NCBI GenBank assembly: GCA_034440375.1
Contig: JAWXBZ010000020.1
Span: 1-41,116, forward strand
Source: Candidatus Eiseniibacteriota bacterium
GTDB taxonomy: Bacteria; Eisenbacteria; RBG-16-71-46; JABDJR01; JAWXBZ01
DNA: 41,116 nt
Direction: 5' to 3'
Each line of letters starts with the position of its first letter. The first letter of the stretch is position 1. Below, in pieces: positions 28,107-38,189 of this stretch. The translations under genes were made by a program, and so were the position numbers. The notes beneath the pieces are model-generated. The model was given only the letters and a program-made list of their open reading frames with translations, searched no databases and was not told where the DNA came from.

Positions 28107-29177
28107 TCAGCGCATCTTCGGCGTCCGCCGCTGTCCCTCTTCGAAGAGTGCCCGAAATTCATTCGGGTCGCCTGTCTCAAGTGCCAGAACGATTCGATTC
28201 AACGCGGACCGCAGCCGTTCGAGCGCCTCGGAAGAATAAGGGTTTCCGGCCTGGATTTCGAAGTACACCTCCGGGCTCTCCCGGACGACGGTGGCTGCGA
28301 GTGATTCCAGGGCTTGAAAGGTGGTGCTGCGCAGGGGGTGCTCGGTTGGCGGCAGTGCCAGCGCGAAGGCGATGGCGGTGGCGTGCGCGAGGCTCAGGAG
28401 GTCGGCCATGATGCGGTCATGGTCGGCCAGCGGCAGGTGGACGAGACGCGCGGTGGTCGGCAGGAAGAGCCGTTCCACGGCGGATGTTGCCACCGAGTCT
28501 CCCGTGTCGCAAATCACCACATCGGCATCACGCAGGAGCACGGCGGACGGACCGAACATGGGATGGATTGAGGCGACGCGACCCCCGCACTTCTGAAGGG
28601 CGCGGATCGGCTCGATGAGGGGCGTCTTGATGCTGGCGATGTCGACGACCACCCCGGAAGGCGGATTGTCGGACCACCCGGCGTAGAGTTCAGCCGTTGC
28701 GGTTGGCGGCGTGGAGCAGACAATCAGTTCCGCCGACGCCAGCGCGCCGCGAGCCCACTCGTCCTCTTCCGGCGGGGCCGCCGGGTCGAGGGAGCCGGTG
28801 GTGTAGCCCTGGGCTGCCAGAAAGCGATTGAACCACCGACCCATGCGGCCGGCGCCGCCAACGATCACCGCACTCTTGCCCGCACCCACCGCCGCATGCC
28901 GCAGGTTGTCCTCGTCCTGGGCTGACACCGAGGCACGGATGAGTCCAACGAAGAGATCCTCGGCCACTCGCGGATCGAGCCCAAGCTCCCTGGCCATGGA
29001 TCGCGCGCGCTCCAGCACCTCCCTCTCCTGGGCATAGTCGACAATGGAGAGTTGTTGCCGGCGCTTGATCTCCCCTACCTGTCTGGCAAGCTCCATGCGC
29101 TCCGCCGCCCGCGCCACGACCTCCAGATCGAGCAACCGGATGCGCTCGCGCAGACTGTCCAGCCTCTCCTCCGCCAA
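28107..29177 (-). CDS. tyrA: bifunctional chorismate mutase / prephenate dehydrogenase
   Basis: LDSLRERIRLLD...QVGEIKR CM domain; IVGGAGRMG, DIASIK, SIHPMFGP, HDRIMA; TTG start with GGAGG RBS. Confidence 0.88.
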   Translation of the reverse strand: MAEERLDSLRERIRLLDLEVVARAAERMELARQVGEIKRRQQLSIVDYAQEREVLERARSMARELGLDPRVAEDLFVGLIRASVSAQDEDNLRHAAVGAGKSAVIVGGAGRMGRWFNRFLAAQGYTTGSLDPAAPPEEDEWARGALASAELIVCSTPPTATAELYAGWSDNPPSGVVVDIASIKTPLIEPIRALQKCGGRVASIHPMFGPSAVLLRDADVVICDTGDSVATSAVERLFLPTTARLVHLPLADHDRIMADLLSLAHATAIAFALALPPTEHPLRSTTFQALESLAATVVRESPEVYFEIQAGNPYSSEALERLRSALNRIVLALETGDPNEFRALFEEGQRRTPKMR

Positions 29178-29265
29178 GCGGGCACCTCCTGAATCCCGGT
29201 GTCACCAGAACCGTTCCCATCGTCCGCGAGAGTATCAATCCGGTCATTGGGAGAGGACTTCTCAT

Positions 29266-29340
29266 TAGCGACGAGGCCGCAACTTCCTCCTCGGTGGCCG
29301 GTGGATCGAAGTTGAAGAGCGTCTTGATGTTTCGGCACAT
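29266..29340 (-). pseudogene. 5' fragment of a DUF2277-family gene
   Basis: MCRNIKTLFNFDPPATEEEVAASSL matches the family N-terminus; the expected QFVRK continuation is absent. Confidence 0.75.
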
Positions 29341-29374
29341 GAGGGCCTCACGAACGGGTGGCGCAACGGCCGCC

Positions 29375-30850
29375 TCAGCTCAACAGCGGCAGTATCGCCC
29401 GGCGGGCCAGATCGACGAGCGGGCCGGGCCAGACGCCGAACATGATAATTCCGATCGCGGTCAGGGCCAGAGTCAGGCGCAGCGGCCAGGCGGCGCCGAT
29501 CAGCGGGTCTTCGCCGGCGATGTTCGGCGACATGTACAGCCAGACGACCACGCGCAAATAGTAGTAGACGGAGATGACCGAATTGATGACGCCGAGGACC
29601 GCCAGCCCGATGTAGCCGGCTTCGACGGCGCCGCTGAAAATGTAAAACTTGCCGAGAAATCCCGCCGTGGGCGGAATGCCGGCCAGCGAGAACATGAAGA
29701 GGGCCATCAGCAGGCCCAGCCAGGGCCGGCGGAAACCAAGCCCGGCAAAGTTGGAGAGCTTGAGCCCCTCGTCATCCTCGTTGCGGAGCAGACTGACGAT
29801 GGCGAAGGCACCGAGATTCGTCAAGGCATAGGCCACGAGGTAGTAAATGATGCCGATGCCGCCCATCTCGGTGCCGGCCACGAGGGCCACCAGCAGGTAG
29901 CCGGCGTGGGCGATGGCGGAGTAGGCCAGCATCCGCTTGACGCGGGTCTGCACCAGGGCGGCAATGTTCCCCAGCGTCATCGTCAGGGCGGCGATGACCC
30001 AGAGAATCTGGCCCCAGCCGCTTTGCACGCCGGTGAAGCCGACGAAGAGGATGCGGGTGAGCGCGGCGAAACCGGCCACCTTCGAGGCGGCGGCCATGAA
30101 GGCGGTGACGGGCGTCGGGGCGCCGTCGTACACGTCCGGCGTCCACATGTGGAACGGCACGCTCGACAACTTGAAGCCGAAGCCGACCAGGAGGAGGGCA
30201 CAGCCGGCCATGAGCAGCAGCGGCGCTTTCTCCACGTTGGCCGTATAGATCTTGAGGCTCATCAGGTTCGTGGTGCCGGTGGCGCCGTACACCAGCGCGA
30301 TGCCGTAAAGCAGGAAACCCGTGGCAAAGGCGCCGAGAATGAAGTACTTGAGACTGGCTTCGGTGCTGCGCGGCGATTCATGGCGGAAGCCCGCCAGGAT
30401 GTACTGGCTGATCGAGGAGATCTCGAGGCCCAGGAAGATCATGATCAAGTCGGTGCCGGACGCCATCAGCATCATGCCCAGCGTGGCAAGGAGCATCAGG
30501 GCGTAGTACTCGGCGCTCTCCACCTCGCGGCGCAGCGCATAACCGGCGGTCATCAGGAAGGTCACGGCCGTAATGCCGCACAGGATGACCTTGATGAGGC
30601 GGCTGAAGCCGTCCGCTCCAACCGTGTCGTAGTAGGCCGTGATCGGCAGATTCGGGTCGACGCGCAGCGCCAGCCAGGCAGCCACCCCAAGACCAACGAG
30701 GCCGATCGACAACAGATGTCCGCCGCCGTTCCGCTTGTAGAAGCAGTCGAGCAGCAGGATCACGCAGGCGGCCCCGAGCAGCGCCACCTCCGGGCCGATG
30801 GCCGAAAAATTGATGCCGAGTGAACCGAAGAGCCGAACCAGTTCGGTCAT
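29375..30850 (-). CDS. nuoN: NADH-quinone oxidoreductase subunit N
   Basis: EASLKYFILGA, GFKLSSVPFHMWTPDVYDGAP, KRMLAYSAIAHAGY, SLAGIPPTAGF. Confidence 0.96.
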   Translation of the reverse strand: MTELVRLFGSLGINFSAIGPEVALLGAACVILLLDCFYKRNGGGHLLSIGLVGLGVAAWLALRVDPNLPITAYYDTVGADGFSRLIKVILCGITAVTFLMTAGYALRREVESAEYYALMLLATLGMMLMASGTDLIMIFLGLEISSISQYILAGFRHESPRSTEASLKYFILGAFATGFLLYGIALVYGATGTTNLMSLKIYTANVEKAPLLLMAGCALLLVGFGFKLSSVPFHMWTPDVYDGAPTPVTAFMAAASKVAGFAALTRILFVGFTGVQSGWGQILWVIAALTMTLGNIAALVQTRVKRMLAYSAIAHAGYLLVALVAGTEMGGIGIIYYLVAYALTNLGAFAIVSLLRNEDDEGLKLSNFAGLGFRRPWLGLLMALFMFSLAGIPPTAGFLGKFYIFSGAVEAGYIGLAVLGVINSVISVYYYLRVVVWLYMSPNIAGEDPLIGAAWPLRLTLALTAIGIIMFGVWPGPLVDLARRAILPLLS

Positions 30851-32343
30851 CGCGCCACCTGCCCCATTTCGGTGGTGCCGTACTTCTTCAGAATGTCACC
30901 GACGGCCACCTCGCTGGTCTTGAGGAAGGGCTTGGGATGGATGCCGATCCAGATGATCAGGATCAGCACCGGCACCATGACCGCCCACTCGCGCGGCGAA
31001 AGATCGATGAGCTTCCTGTTTTCCTCCTTCGTCACCTCGCCGAACATGACCCGCTGGAACATCCAGAGCATATAAACCGCAGACAGGATGACGCCGATGG
31101 CGCCGACGATGGCAAACGGCCGGGCCGTCTGGAAGGCGCCAAGGATCACCAGGAATTCACCGACGAAGCCGTTCAGACCCGGCAGGCCGATGGATGACAG
31201 CGTGGTGATCATGAAGAAAATGGAGAAGACCGGCATCACCCGGGTCAGGCCGCCGAACTCGGAGATCTCACGCGTGTGGCGGCGGTCGTAGATCATGCCG
31301 ACCAGGAGGAAGAGCGCGCCGGTGGAGAGCCCGTGGTTGATCATCTGGATCATGCCGCCCTGCAGGCCCTGAAAGTTCAGCGAGAAAATACCGAGCATGA
31401 CGAATCCCATGTGGCTCACCGAGGAATAGGCCACCAGTTTCTTGAGGTCCGGCTGGACCATGGCCACCAGCGCCCCGTAGATGATGCCGATGACCGCCAG
31501 GCCCAGGATCAAGGGGGCGAAGAAGAGCACCGCCTCCGGAAACATCGGCAGGCAGTAGCGCATGTATCCGTAGGTGCCCATCTTGAGCAGCACGCCGGCC
31601 AGGATCACCGAGCCGGCGGTGGGGGCCTCGACGTGTGCGTCGGGCAGCCAGGTGTGAAACGGGAAGAGCGGAATCTTGATGGCGAAGGCCAGCGCGAAGG
31701 CAGCAAAGAGCCACATCTGGGCCGTTCGGGATATGGGCGTGCCGTACAGCTGGAAGAGATCAAAGGTCAGGGAGCCCGTGGCCTGCCGGTGAATCAGGAC
31801 CACGGCGATAATGGCCACCAGCATCAACACCGAGCCGGCCATCGTGTACAGAAAAAATTTGATGGCCGCGTACACCCGCCGCTTACCGCCCCAGATGCCG
31901 ATGAGGAGGGCCATCGGAATCAGCATCACTTCCCAGAATACGTAGAAGAAGAAGAGATCGAAGGCCATGAAGACGCCCAGCATGCCCGTCTCGAGCGCCA
32001 GCAGACACGCGAAGTACGAGCGGGTCCGTTCGGTGATCGATTGGAACGATGCCAGGATGGCGATGGTCGACAGGAACGTGGTCAACAGGATCAACATCAG
32101 CGACAGGCCGTCAACGCCGATGGCATAGCGGATGCCCAGCGATTGGATCCAGTCGAAGCGCTCGACGAACTGCATGCCGTTGGCATGCACATCAAAGTCG
32201 AACCAGAGCCGAAGGCTCAACAGGAAGGTGGCGCCGCTGATGCCGAGCGCAAAGTTGCGATGAACCCTGGCCCCGCCCGGCACAACGGCCAGGAGAATGG
32301 CGCCGACGAGCGGCAGGAAAAGGACGAGCGACAGGTAATTCAC
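30847..32343 (-). CDS. nuoM: NADH-quinone oxidoreductase subunit M
   Basis: FYVFWE, KFFLYT, HTWLPDAHVEAP, LLKMG, AYSSVSHMG; GTG start overlapping nuoL stop. Confidence 0.96.
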   Translation of the reverse strand: MNYLSLVLFLPLVGAILLAVVPGGARVHRNFALGISGATFLLSLRLWFDFDVHANGMQFVERFDWIQSLGIRYAIGVDGLSLMLILLTTFLSTIAILASFQSITERTRSYFACLLALETGMLGVFMAFDLFFFYVFWEVMLIPMALLIGIWGGKRRVYAAIKFFLYTMAGSVLMLVAIIAVVLIHRQATGSLTFDLFQLYGTPISRTAQMWLFAAFALAFAIKIPLFPFHTWLPDAHVEAPTAGSVILAGVLLKMGTYGYMRYCLPMFPEAVLFFAPLILGLAVIGIIYGALVAMVQPDLKKLVAYSSVSHMGFVMLGIFSLNFQGLQGGMIQMINHGLSTGALFLLVGMIYDRRHTREISEFGGLTRVMPVFSIFFMITTLSSIGLPGLNGFVGEFLVILGAFQTARPFAIVGAIGVILSAVYMLWMFQRVMFGEVTKEENRKLIDLSPREWAVMVPVLILIIWIGIHPKPFLKTSEVAVGDILKKYGTTEMGQVAR

Positions 32344-34361
32344 AGCGCCCACCGTCCCCACAGCACAAAGGCCAGGATCAGGAGCGTGCCGAAAACGATC
32401 GCCACCGCGTAGTTCTGGGCCAGGCCCGTCTGCCAGCGGCGAAGTTCGTCACCGGTGCCCCGCAGGAACGTACCGACGCCGTTGACGGCGCCGTCGATGC
32501 CGCGGACATCCACGATCTGCCAGAAGAAATCGGACAGCAACTTGATCGGCCGAACGACGATGGCGTTGTACAGCTCGTCGACAAAGTACTTGTTCGCCAG
32601 CAGGCGATGGAGGCCGCCCCAGCTCAGACGGAGTTTCTCGGCCGCGGAGGCATCCCCGGCATACAGGCGGGTGGCCAGGAAGATGCCGATCAAGGCGATG
32701 GCCACCGAAACGACGATCAGGATCATCTCGAGGGTCGTATCGTGTCCGAAGGGGGACAGAAGGCCGGGATAGTGGAACGTCGAAGCATGAGGCGCCGCGC
32801 TGCGAGTGGCTACTTCCGCTGCGTGGGTGGCCACTTCCGCAGCGCCGTGAGCCGCCGGAGCGGCGGCGTGTCCTCCGCCCAGCACCGGCGACAACCACGC
32901 CTTGAGCCGTTGCCCGCCGGCCAGGAGCGGAATGCCAAGCAACCCACCGATGGTCGACAAAACCGCCAGGATGACCAGCGGCACCGTCATGACGGCCGGT
33001 GATTCATGGGCGTGGTCATACAGATGACGGTCACGGGGCTGGCCGTAAAAGGTCAGGATGATGGCCCGCGTCGTGTAGAAGGCGGTGAAGAGGGCCGCGA
33101 TCGCCAGCACCACCCAGGGGATCACGTTGCCGCTGGCGAAGACCTCCCAGAGAATCTCGTCCTTGGAAAAGAATCCGGCGAAGATCGGGACGCCGGAAAG
33201 GGCGAGGCCGCCGATCAGAAAGACCCGAAAGGTCGTCGGCATTTTGTCCTTCAGGCCACCCATCTTCGGCATCTCCTGCTCGCCATGAAGGCCGTGGATG
33301 ACCGAACCGGAGCCGAGGAACAGCAGCGCCTTGAAGAAGGCGTGCGTGACCAGGTGGAAGATGGCGGCCGCGAAGGCGCCGACACCACAGGCGGCAAACA
33401 TGAATCCGAGCTGGCTGACCGTGGAGTAGGCCAGTACCTTCTTGATGTCGGTCTGGGCGAGGCCAATCGAGCCGGCAAAGATGGCCGTGGCCATGCCGAT
33501 GACCAGCACCACGAACATCGTGAGCGGCGCCATGGTGTACAGCAGCTGAGTGCGGGCCAGCAGATACACGCCGGCGGTGACCATCGTGGCGGCGTGAATA
33601 AGCGCCGACACCGGCGTAGGGCCCTCCATGGCGTCGGGGAGCCATGTGTACAGCGGAAGCTGGGCCGACTTGCCGGTGGCGCCGAGGAAAAACAGAAGCG
33701 TAATGGCGGTGATCATGCCGCCGCCGACCTCCAGGAGGCCGGGCGCGCGCTCGGCAATCTCCCGAAAATTGACTGTGCCCAGTGTCCAGAACACCAGCGC
33801 AGTGGCCAGAAGGAAACCAAAATCGCCGATCCGGTTGACGATGAAGGCCTTTTTGCCGGCGTCGGTGGCCGATTTCTTTTCGTACCAGTAGCCGATCAGG
33901 AGGTACGAGCAGAGCCCCACCCCTTCCCAGCCGACAAACAGGAGCAACAGGTTGTCGGCCAGGACCAGGACCAGCATTGCAAACGTAAAGAGGTTGAGAT
34001 AGGAGAAGAACCGCTTCACGCCCGAATCGCCGTGCATGTAGCCGATCGAATAGACGTGGATCAGGAATCCGACGCCGGTGATGACCAGGACCATCACCAT
34101 CGACAAAGGATCAAGCAGGAAGGCCAGCGGCGCATTAAAGCGGCCGGCCTCGATCCAGCTGGAAATCGTGTGATGCACGACCCGCTGGTCCGCCGGCAGC
34201 GACAGGAGGCCAAAGAAGGAGATCACGGCCAGGACGAACGCCGCACCCACCGCGGCCGAGGCGATGAGGCCGGCGGATTTCTCGTTCAGCCACTTTTGAA
34301 ACAGGCCCGTGATCAGGAAGCCGGCCAGCGGGAGAAACGGGATGAGCCAGAAGTACTCCAT
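32340..34361 (-). CDS. nuoL: NADH-quinone oxidoreductase subunit L
   Basis: GWEGVG, GKSAQLPLYTWLPDAMEGPTPVSALIHAATMV, HAFFKALLFL. Confidence 0.96.
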   Translation of the reverse strand: MEYFWLIPFLPLAGFLITGLFQKWLNEKSAGLIASAAVGAAFVLAVISFFGLLSLPADQRVVHHTISSWIEAGRFNAPLAFLLDPLSMVMVLVITGVGFLIHVYSIGYMHGDSGVKRFFSYLNLFTFAMLVLVLADNLLLLFVGWEGVGLCSYLLIGYWYEKKSATDAGKKAFIVNRIGDFGFLLATALVFWTLGTVNFREIAERAPGLLEVGGGMITAITLLFFLGATGKSAQLPLYTWLPDAMEGPTPVSALIHAATMVTAGVYLLARTQLLYTMAPLTMFVVLVIGMATAIFAGSIGLAQTDIKKVLAYSTVSQLGFMFAACGVGAFAAAIFHLVTHAFFKALLFLGSGSVIHGLHGEQEMPKMGGLKDKMPTTFRVFLIGGLALSGVPIFAGFFSKDEILWEVFASGNVIPWVVLAIAALFTAFYTTRAIILTFYGQPRDRHLYDHAHESPAVMTVPLVILAVLSTIGGLLGIPLLAGGQRLKAWLSPVLGGGHAAAPAAHGAAEVATHAAEVATRSAAPHASTFHYPGLLSPFGHDTTLEMILIVVSVAIALIGIFLATRLYAGDASAAEKLRLSWGGLHRLLANKYFVDELYNAIVVRPIKLLSDFFWQIVDVRGIDGAVNGVGTFLRGTGDELRRWQTGLAQNYAVAIVFGTLLILAFVLWGRWAL

Positions 34362-34370
34362 GCGCCCCCG

Positions 34371-34697
34371 TCAGCCTTTCAGAATGTTGGCGGCCGCCAG
34401 ATCGACGGTGCCTCGTTTGCGGAAAACATCGATGATGATGGCCAGCCCTACGGACACTTCCGCGGCGGCCACCGCCAGAACGAAGAAGACGATGATCTGG
34501 CCGTCCAGCGAGCCCAGGTGCCGGGCAAAGGCGACGAAGGCGATGTTGGTGGCGTTGAGCATCAGTTCGACGCACATGAAGATGACCAGGATGTTGCGCC
34601 GGAACAGGACGCCCATCGCCCCGATGGCGAAGAGAACCGCCGCAAGGACCTGGTACCAGGCCACCGGAACGAGCATGGGGAGGACCGATTCGTTCAT
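34371..34697 (-). CDS. nuoK: NADH-quinone oxidoreductase subunit K
   Basis: [28 protein letters not shown]. Confidence 0.96.
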   Translation of the reverse strand: MNESVLPMLVPVAWYQVLAAVLFAIGAMGVLFRRNILVIFMCVELMLNATNIAFVAFARHLGSLDGQIIVFFVLAVAAAEVSVGLAIIIDVFRKRGTVDLAAANILKG

Positions 34698-35257
34698 GGC
34701 ACCTCCTCGGTCGATTCGTCGCGACCGGGTCCGATCACGAGATGGCGACGCGACAGGGCCACCGCCCCGATGATGGCCACGAGCAGCAGCACCGAGGCCA
34801 CCTCGAACGGCAGTAGATACTTGCCGTAGAGCAAAAGTCCAATGGCCTGGCTGTGGCCCCCGGCCTGCGCTTCAAGTTCCGCCGCCGGGTGAATCGACTT
34901 GAGCAGTGACGGTTTTCCGGTCAGGACCAGGAGGCCGATCTGGAGCATGAGCAGCGCGGCAAGGCCAATACCCAGGATTTGTCCGAGGCCGGTCTTCCGG
35001 TGAAGGCTTTCCTCGCCTCCCTCGCCGGCGCGCAGATTGAGCAGCATGATGACGAACACGAACAGCACCATGATGGCGCCGGCGTACACGATCACCTGGA
35101 TGACGGCCAGGAACTGTGCCCCGAGCGTCAGGAAGATGCCGGCCGTCGCCATCAGCGTGAAGACCAGCATCAACGCCGAGTGAATTGGGTTGGGCAGCAG
35201 CACCACCGCCAGGGCCCCGGCCACGACCAGGAGCGCCAGCAGAAAGAAAATCCACAT
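34694..35257 (-). CDS. nuoJ: NADH-quinone oxidoreductase subunit J
   Basis: [43 protein letters not shown]. Confidence 0.96.
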   Translation of the reverse strand: MWIFFLLALLVVAGALAVVLLPNPIHSALMLVFTLMATAGIFLTLGAQFLAVIQVIVYAGAIMVLFVFVIMLLNLRAGEGGEESLHRKTGLGQILGIGLAALLMLQIGLLVLTGKPSLLKSIHPAAELEAQAGGHSQAIGLLLYGKYLLPFEVASVLLLVAIIGAVALSRRHLVIGPGRDESTEEVP

Positions 35258-35292
35258 TGTTCGTCAGTCCTCGAAAATCGGTGCGCCCGGAC

Positions 35293-36309
35293 TCAGCGTT
35301 GAGTCAGGGCGATGATCAGACCCGTGATCAGGATGTTGGCCAGCCCGATCGGCAGCAGAACCTTCCAGCCAAAACCCATCAGCTGGTCATAACGGAAGCG
35401 GGGCAGTGTGCCACGGGTCCAGACCATGAAAAATAGGTGCGGCACGAGCTTGATGGTGAACCAGATCGGCCCGAGCCAGGGATATTGAGTCACGCCCGGC
35501 CCGTTCCAGCCGCCCCAGAAGAGCAACACGGCGATGCACGACGTGGTGATGATGTTGGCATATTCGCCCAGGAAGAAGAGACCGAAGCGCATGCCGGAAT
35601 ATTCGGTGTGGAATCCGGCCACGAGTTCGCCCTCGGCTTCCGGCAAATCGAAGGGAATGCGGTTGATCTCGGCCAGACCGGCAATCAGGAACATCAGGTA
35701 GCCAACCGGTTGCAACAGCAGGAATGGCATTTTGGCCTGCGCATTCACGATGTCCACCAGGCTGAAGCTGCCGGCCAGCATGATGACGCCCATCACCGAC
35801 AGCCCCATTCCCAGCTCGTACGAGATCATCTGCGCGCTCGAGCGAAGGCCGCCGTACAGCGAATACTTGTTGTTCGAGGACCAGCCTGCCAGGAAGACAC
35901 CGTAGATGTTGATCGAAGCCACCGCGAAGATGAACAGCAGGGCCACGTTGATGTCGGCCAGGTACAACGTGATTTCCTGGCCGAACATCGAAAGATTCGG
36001 GCCGACCGGGATAACCGCGTACGACAGAAAGGCCGGGGCGGAGGCAAAGACCGGTCCGAGCAGGTACAACACCTTGTCGGCCCCGCGCGGGAAGATCGTC
36101 TCCTTGGAGATGAGCTTCAGCGCGTCGGCCAGCGGCTGCAGCAGCCCCATCGGCCCCACGCGGCTCGGCCCGATGCGGCTCTGAATGTGGGCAATCACCT
36201 TTCGCTCGAACTGCACCATGTAGGCCACGGCGGTGACGACGATGAAGAAGAATACGAGGCATTTGATGACGACGCCCAGCACGACGTCCATCGGGAGTCC
36301 GACTCCCAT
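35293..36309 (-). CDS. nuoH: NADH-quinone oxidoreductase subunit H
   Basis: ERKVIAHIQSRIGP, QPLADALK, AEINRIPFDLPEAEGELVAGFHTEYSG, PRFRYDQLM. Confidence 0.96.
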   Translation of the reverse strand: MGVGLPMDVVLGVVIKCLVFFFIVVTAVAYMVQFERKVIAHIQSRIGPSRVGPMGLLQPLADALKLISKETIFPRGADKVLYLLGPVFASAPAFLSYAVIPVGPNLSMFGQEITLYLADINVALLFIFAVASINIYGVFLAGWSSNNKYSLYGGLRSSAQMISYELGMGLSVMGVIMLAGSFSLVDIVNAQAKMPFLLLQPVGYLMFLIAGLAEINRIPFDLPEAEGELVAGFHTEYSGMRFGLFFLGEYANIITTSCIAVLLFWGGWNGPGVTQYPWLGPIWFTIKLVPHLFFMVWTRGTLPRFRYDQLMGFGWKVLLPIGLANILITGLIIALTQR

Positions 36310-37640
36310 CAGCCCCGCGCCCCGACCGTGGCGGTCACGTCAAACCCCGGCACATCGGCCATCCGCCCCTTCATGGGCGAACCATGTCGGACCGCATAGT
36401 CAAACTCGGGACGAAACTTCTCGATGCAGCTCTTGATCGGGCCCACGGCCGCGTCGGCCAGGGCGCAGATGGTGCGGCCGCCCATGTTGTCGCAGATGTC
36501 GAGGAGCAGGTCGATCTCGTGTGGCTCCCCCCCCTCATGTACCAGGCGGTCCAGGATCTTGAAGGCCCAGGCCGTGCCCTCGCGGCAGGGGGTGCACTGT
36601 CCACATGACTCCTCATCGTAGAAGCGGGTCAGGCGCGAGGCCACCTGGACCATGCAGGTTGTTTCATCCATGACGATGATGGCCGCCGTGCCGAGCATCG
36701 TGCCGGCCGCGGCCAGGCTGTCGTAATCGACGGTGACCTCTTCGCACTCGGCGGCGGTCAAGACCGGCACGGACGAGCCGCCCGGGATGACCGCCTTGAG
36801 CTTGCGGTTGTGCCAGACGCCGCCGCAGTAATCGTTGATGATTGTCATGAGCTTTGTTCCCATCGGCAGCTCGACCACGCCCGGGCGGTTCACATGCCCG
36901 GAAATGTTCATCAGCTTCGTTCCGGTCGATTTGGGTGTGCCGATTGCCGCAAACCAGGCGGCGCCGTTCTCGATGATGGCCGGAACGTTGGCCAGCGTCT
37001 CAACATTATTGATGACCGTCGGCGAGCCATAAAGGCCGACCACGGCCGGAAACGGCGGCTTGATGCGCGGGTGGGCCCGCTTCCCTTCCAGGCTCTCGAG
37101 CATGCCGGTCTCTTCGCCGGCAATGTAAGCCCCGGCACCCCGGTACACCATCATGTCGAGCTCGTAGCCGGTACCGTAGATGTTCTTGCCGAGATGCCCG
37201 GCCGCGCGCGCCTCCGCGAGGGCGTTCTCCAGGATGATGGCCTCGAGGGCGAACTCACCTCGGATATAAATGAAGGCCAGATGACAATCGATGGCGAAGG
37301 CGGCGATGGCCATCCCCTCGATCAGCATGTGGGGATCGCGGGTCATCAGCATCCGGTCCTTGAACGTGCCGGGCTCCGATTCGTCCGCGTTGCAGGCCAG
37401 GTATTTCGGCTTCTCGCTCTGGCGCGGCACGAACGACCATTTCAGGCCGCACGGAAAGCCCGCTCCGCCGCGGCCGCGGAGCCCGGAGTCCTTGACGGTC
37501 TGGATGACCTGGTCGGGCGTCAATTCCTTGAGCGTCTTCTTCCAGGAATTGTAGCCGCCCGAGGCGGTGTAGGCGGAAAGCCGGTGGCTGTCCGGTCGGG
37601 TCATGTTCTTCGTCAGGATGAGCGGGAAATTCGGCGCCAT
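36309..37640 (-). CDS. nuoF: NADH-quinone oxidoreductase subunit F
   Basis: GRGGAGFP, NADESEPGTFKDR, GAGAYIAGEET, ESCGQCTPCREG...ICAL (cluster N3). Confidence 0.96.
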   Translation of the reverse strand: MAPNFPLILTKNMTRPDSHRLSAYTASGGYNSWKKTLKELTPDQVIQTVKDSGLRGRGGAGFPCGLKWSFVPRQSEKPKYLACNADESEPGTFKDRMLMTRDPHMLIEGMAIAAFAIDCHLAFIYIRGEFALEAIILENALAEARAAGHLGKNIYGTGYELDMMVYRGAGAYIAGEETGMLESLEGKRAHPRIKPPFPAVVGLYGSPTVINNVETLANVPAIIENGAAWFAAIGTPKSTGTKLMNISGHVNRPGVVELPMGTKLMTIINDYCGGVWHNRKLKAVIPGGSSVPVLTAAECEEVTVDYDSLAAAGTMLGTAAIIVMDETTCMVQVASRLTRFYDEESCGQCTPCREGTAWAFKILDRLVHEGGEPHEIDLLLDICDNMGGRTICALADAAVGPIKSCIEKFRPEFDYAVRHGSPMKGRMADVPGFDVTATVGARG

Positions 37641-37644
37641 GCGA

Positions 37645-38169
37645 TCAGCCCTTCACAGCCGGAATGGGGGCCTCGGCCAGATCGCCGGCCGTGTGATGCG
37701 GATCGTCGGTAAGCGTCGCCAGCCGCCGGTCCAGTTCGGCCAGCGTCAGGTTCTCCCAGTAGCGATGGTCGATCATGAGGCAGGGAGCCGTACCGCACGC
37801 GCCGAGGCACTCGGCCCCGCGCAGCGAAAACTTGCCGTCCGTCGTGGTCTGGCCCCGCTTGATCCCCCACTTCTGTTCGAGGTGCTGGAGGACCTCCTCT
37901 CCCCCGCGCAGCGCGCAGGAGATGTTGTCGCAAACTTCGACCAGATGCGTGCCGACCGGCTTCGTCTCGAACATGACGTAGAAGGTGGCCACCTCGTGCA
38001 ACATCCGCACGGGCATCTCGAGCAGGACGGCCACTTCGGCAATCGTTTCCGAGCTCAACCACCGCTGATCCTCCTGCGCCACATATAAGGAGGGGAGGGT
38101 GGAGGATCGACGGTCCGGATAGCGGACCTTGATCTCGAGGATTTCCTCTTTGGCCTTGTCGGACAGCAT
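37645..38169 (-). CDS. nuoE: NADH-quinone oxidoreductase subunit E
   Basis: EVATFY, CDNISC...ECLGAC [2Fe-2S] N1a ligands. Confidence 0.95.
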   Translation of the reverse strand: MLSDKAKEEILEIKVRYPDRRSSTLPSLYVAQEDQRWLSSETIAEVAVLLEMPVRMLHEVATFYVMFETKPVGTHLVEVCDNISCALRGGEEVLQHLEQKWGIKRGQTTTDGKFSLRGAECLGACGTAPCLMIDHRYWENLTLAELDRRLATLTDDPHHTAGDLAEAPIPAVKG

Positions 38170-38189
38170 CGGGGACCTTTCCGAACCGA

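Noticed and set aside
28690-29265. 216-aa ORF continuing from the DUF2277 start
   Set aside because: After codon 25 it runs out of frame over tyrA and its leader
18922-29340. Integron cassette array, suggested by co-oriented GNAT/DinB/DUF4440/MFS genes
   Set aside because: No integrase in the window, many genes overlap at start/stop leaving no room for attC sites, and no repeated attC-like element was seen
29294-37712. Long plus-strand ORFs (e.g. 29294-30823, 33006-34829, 35437-36399)
   Set aside because: Antisense shadows of nuo genes, typical of high-GC DNA; no recognisable motifs
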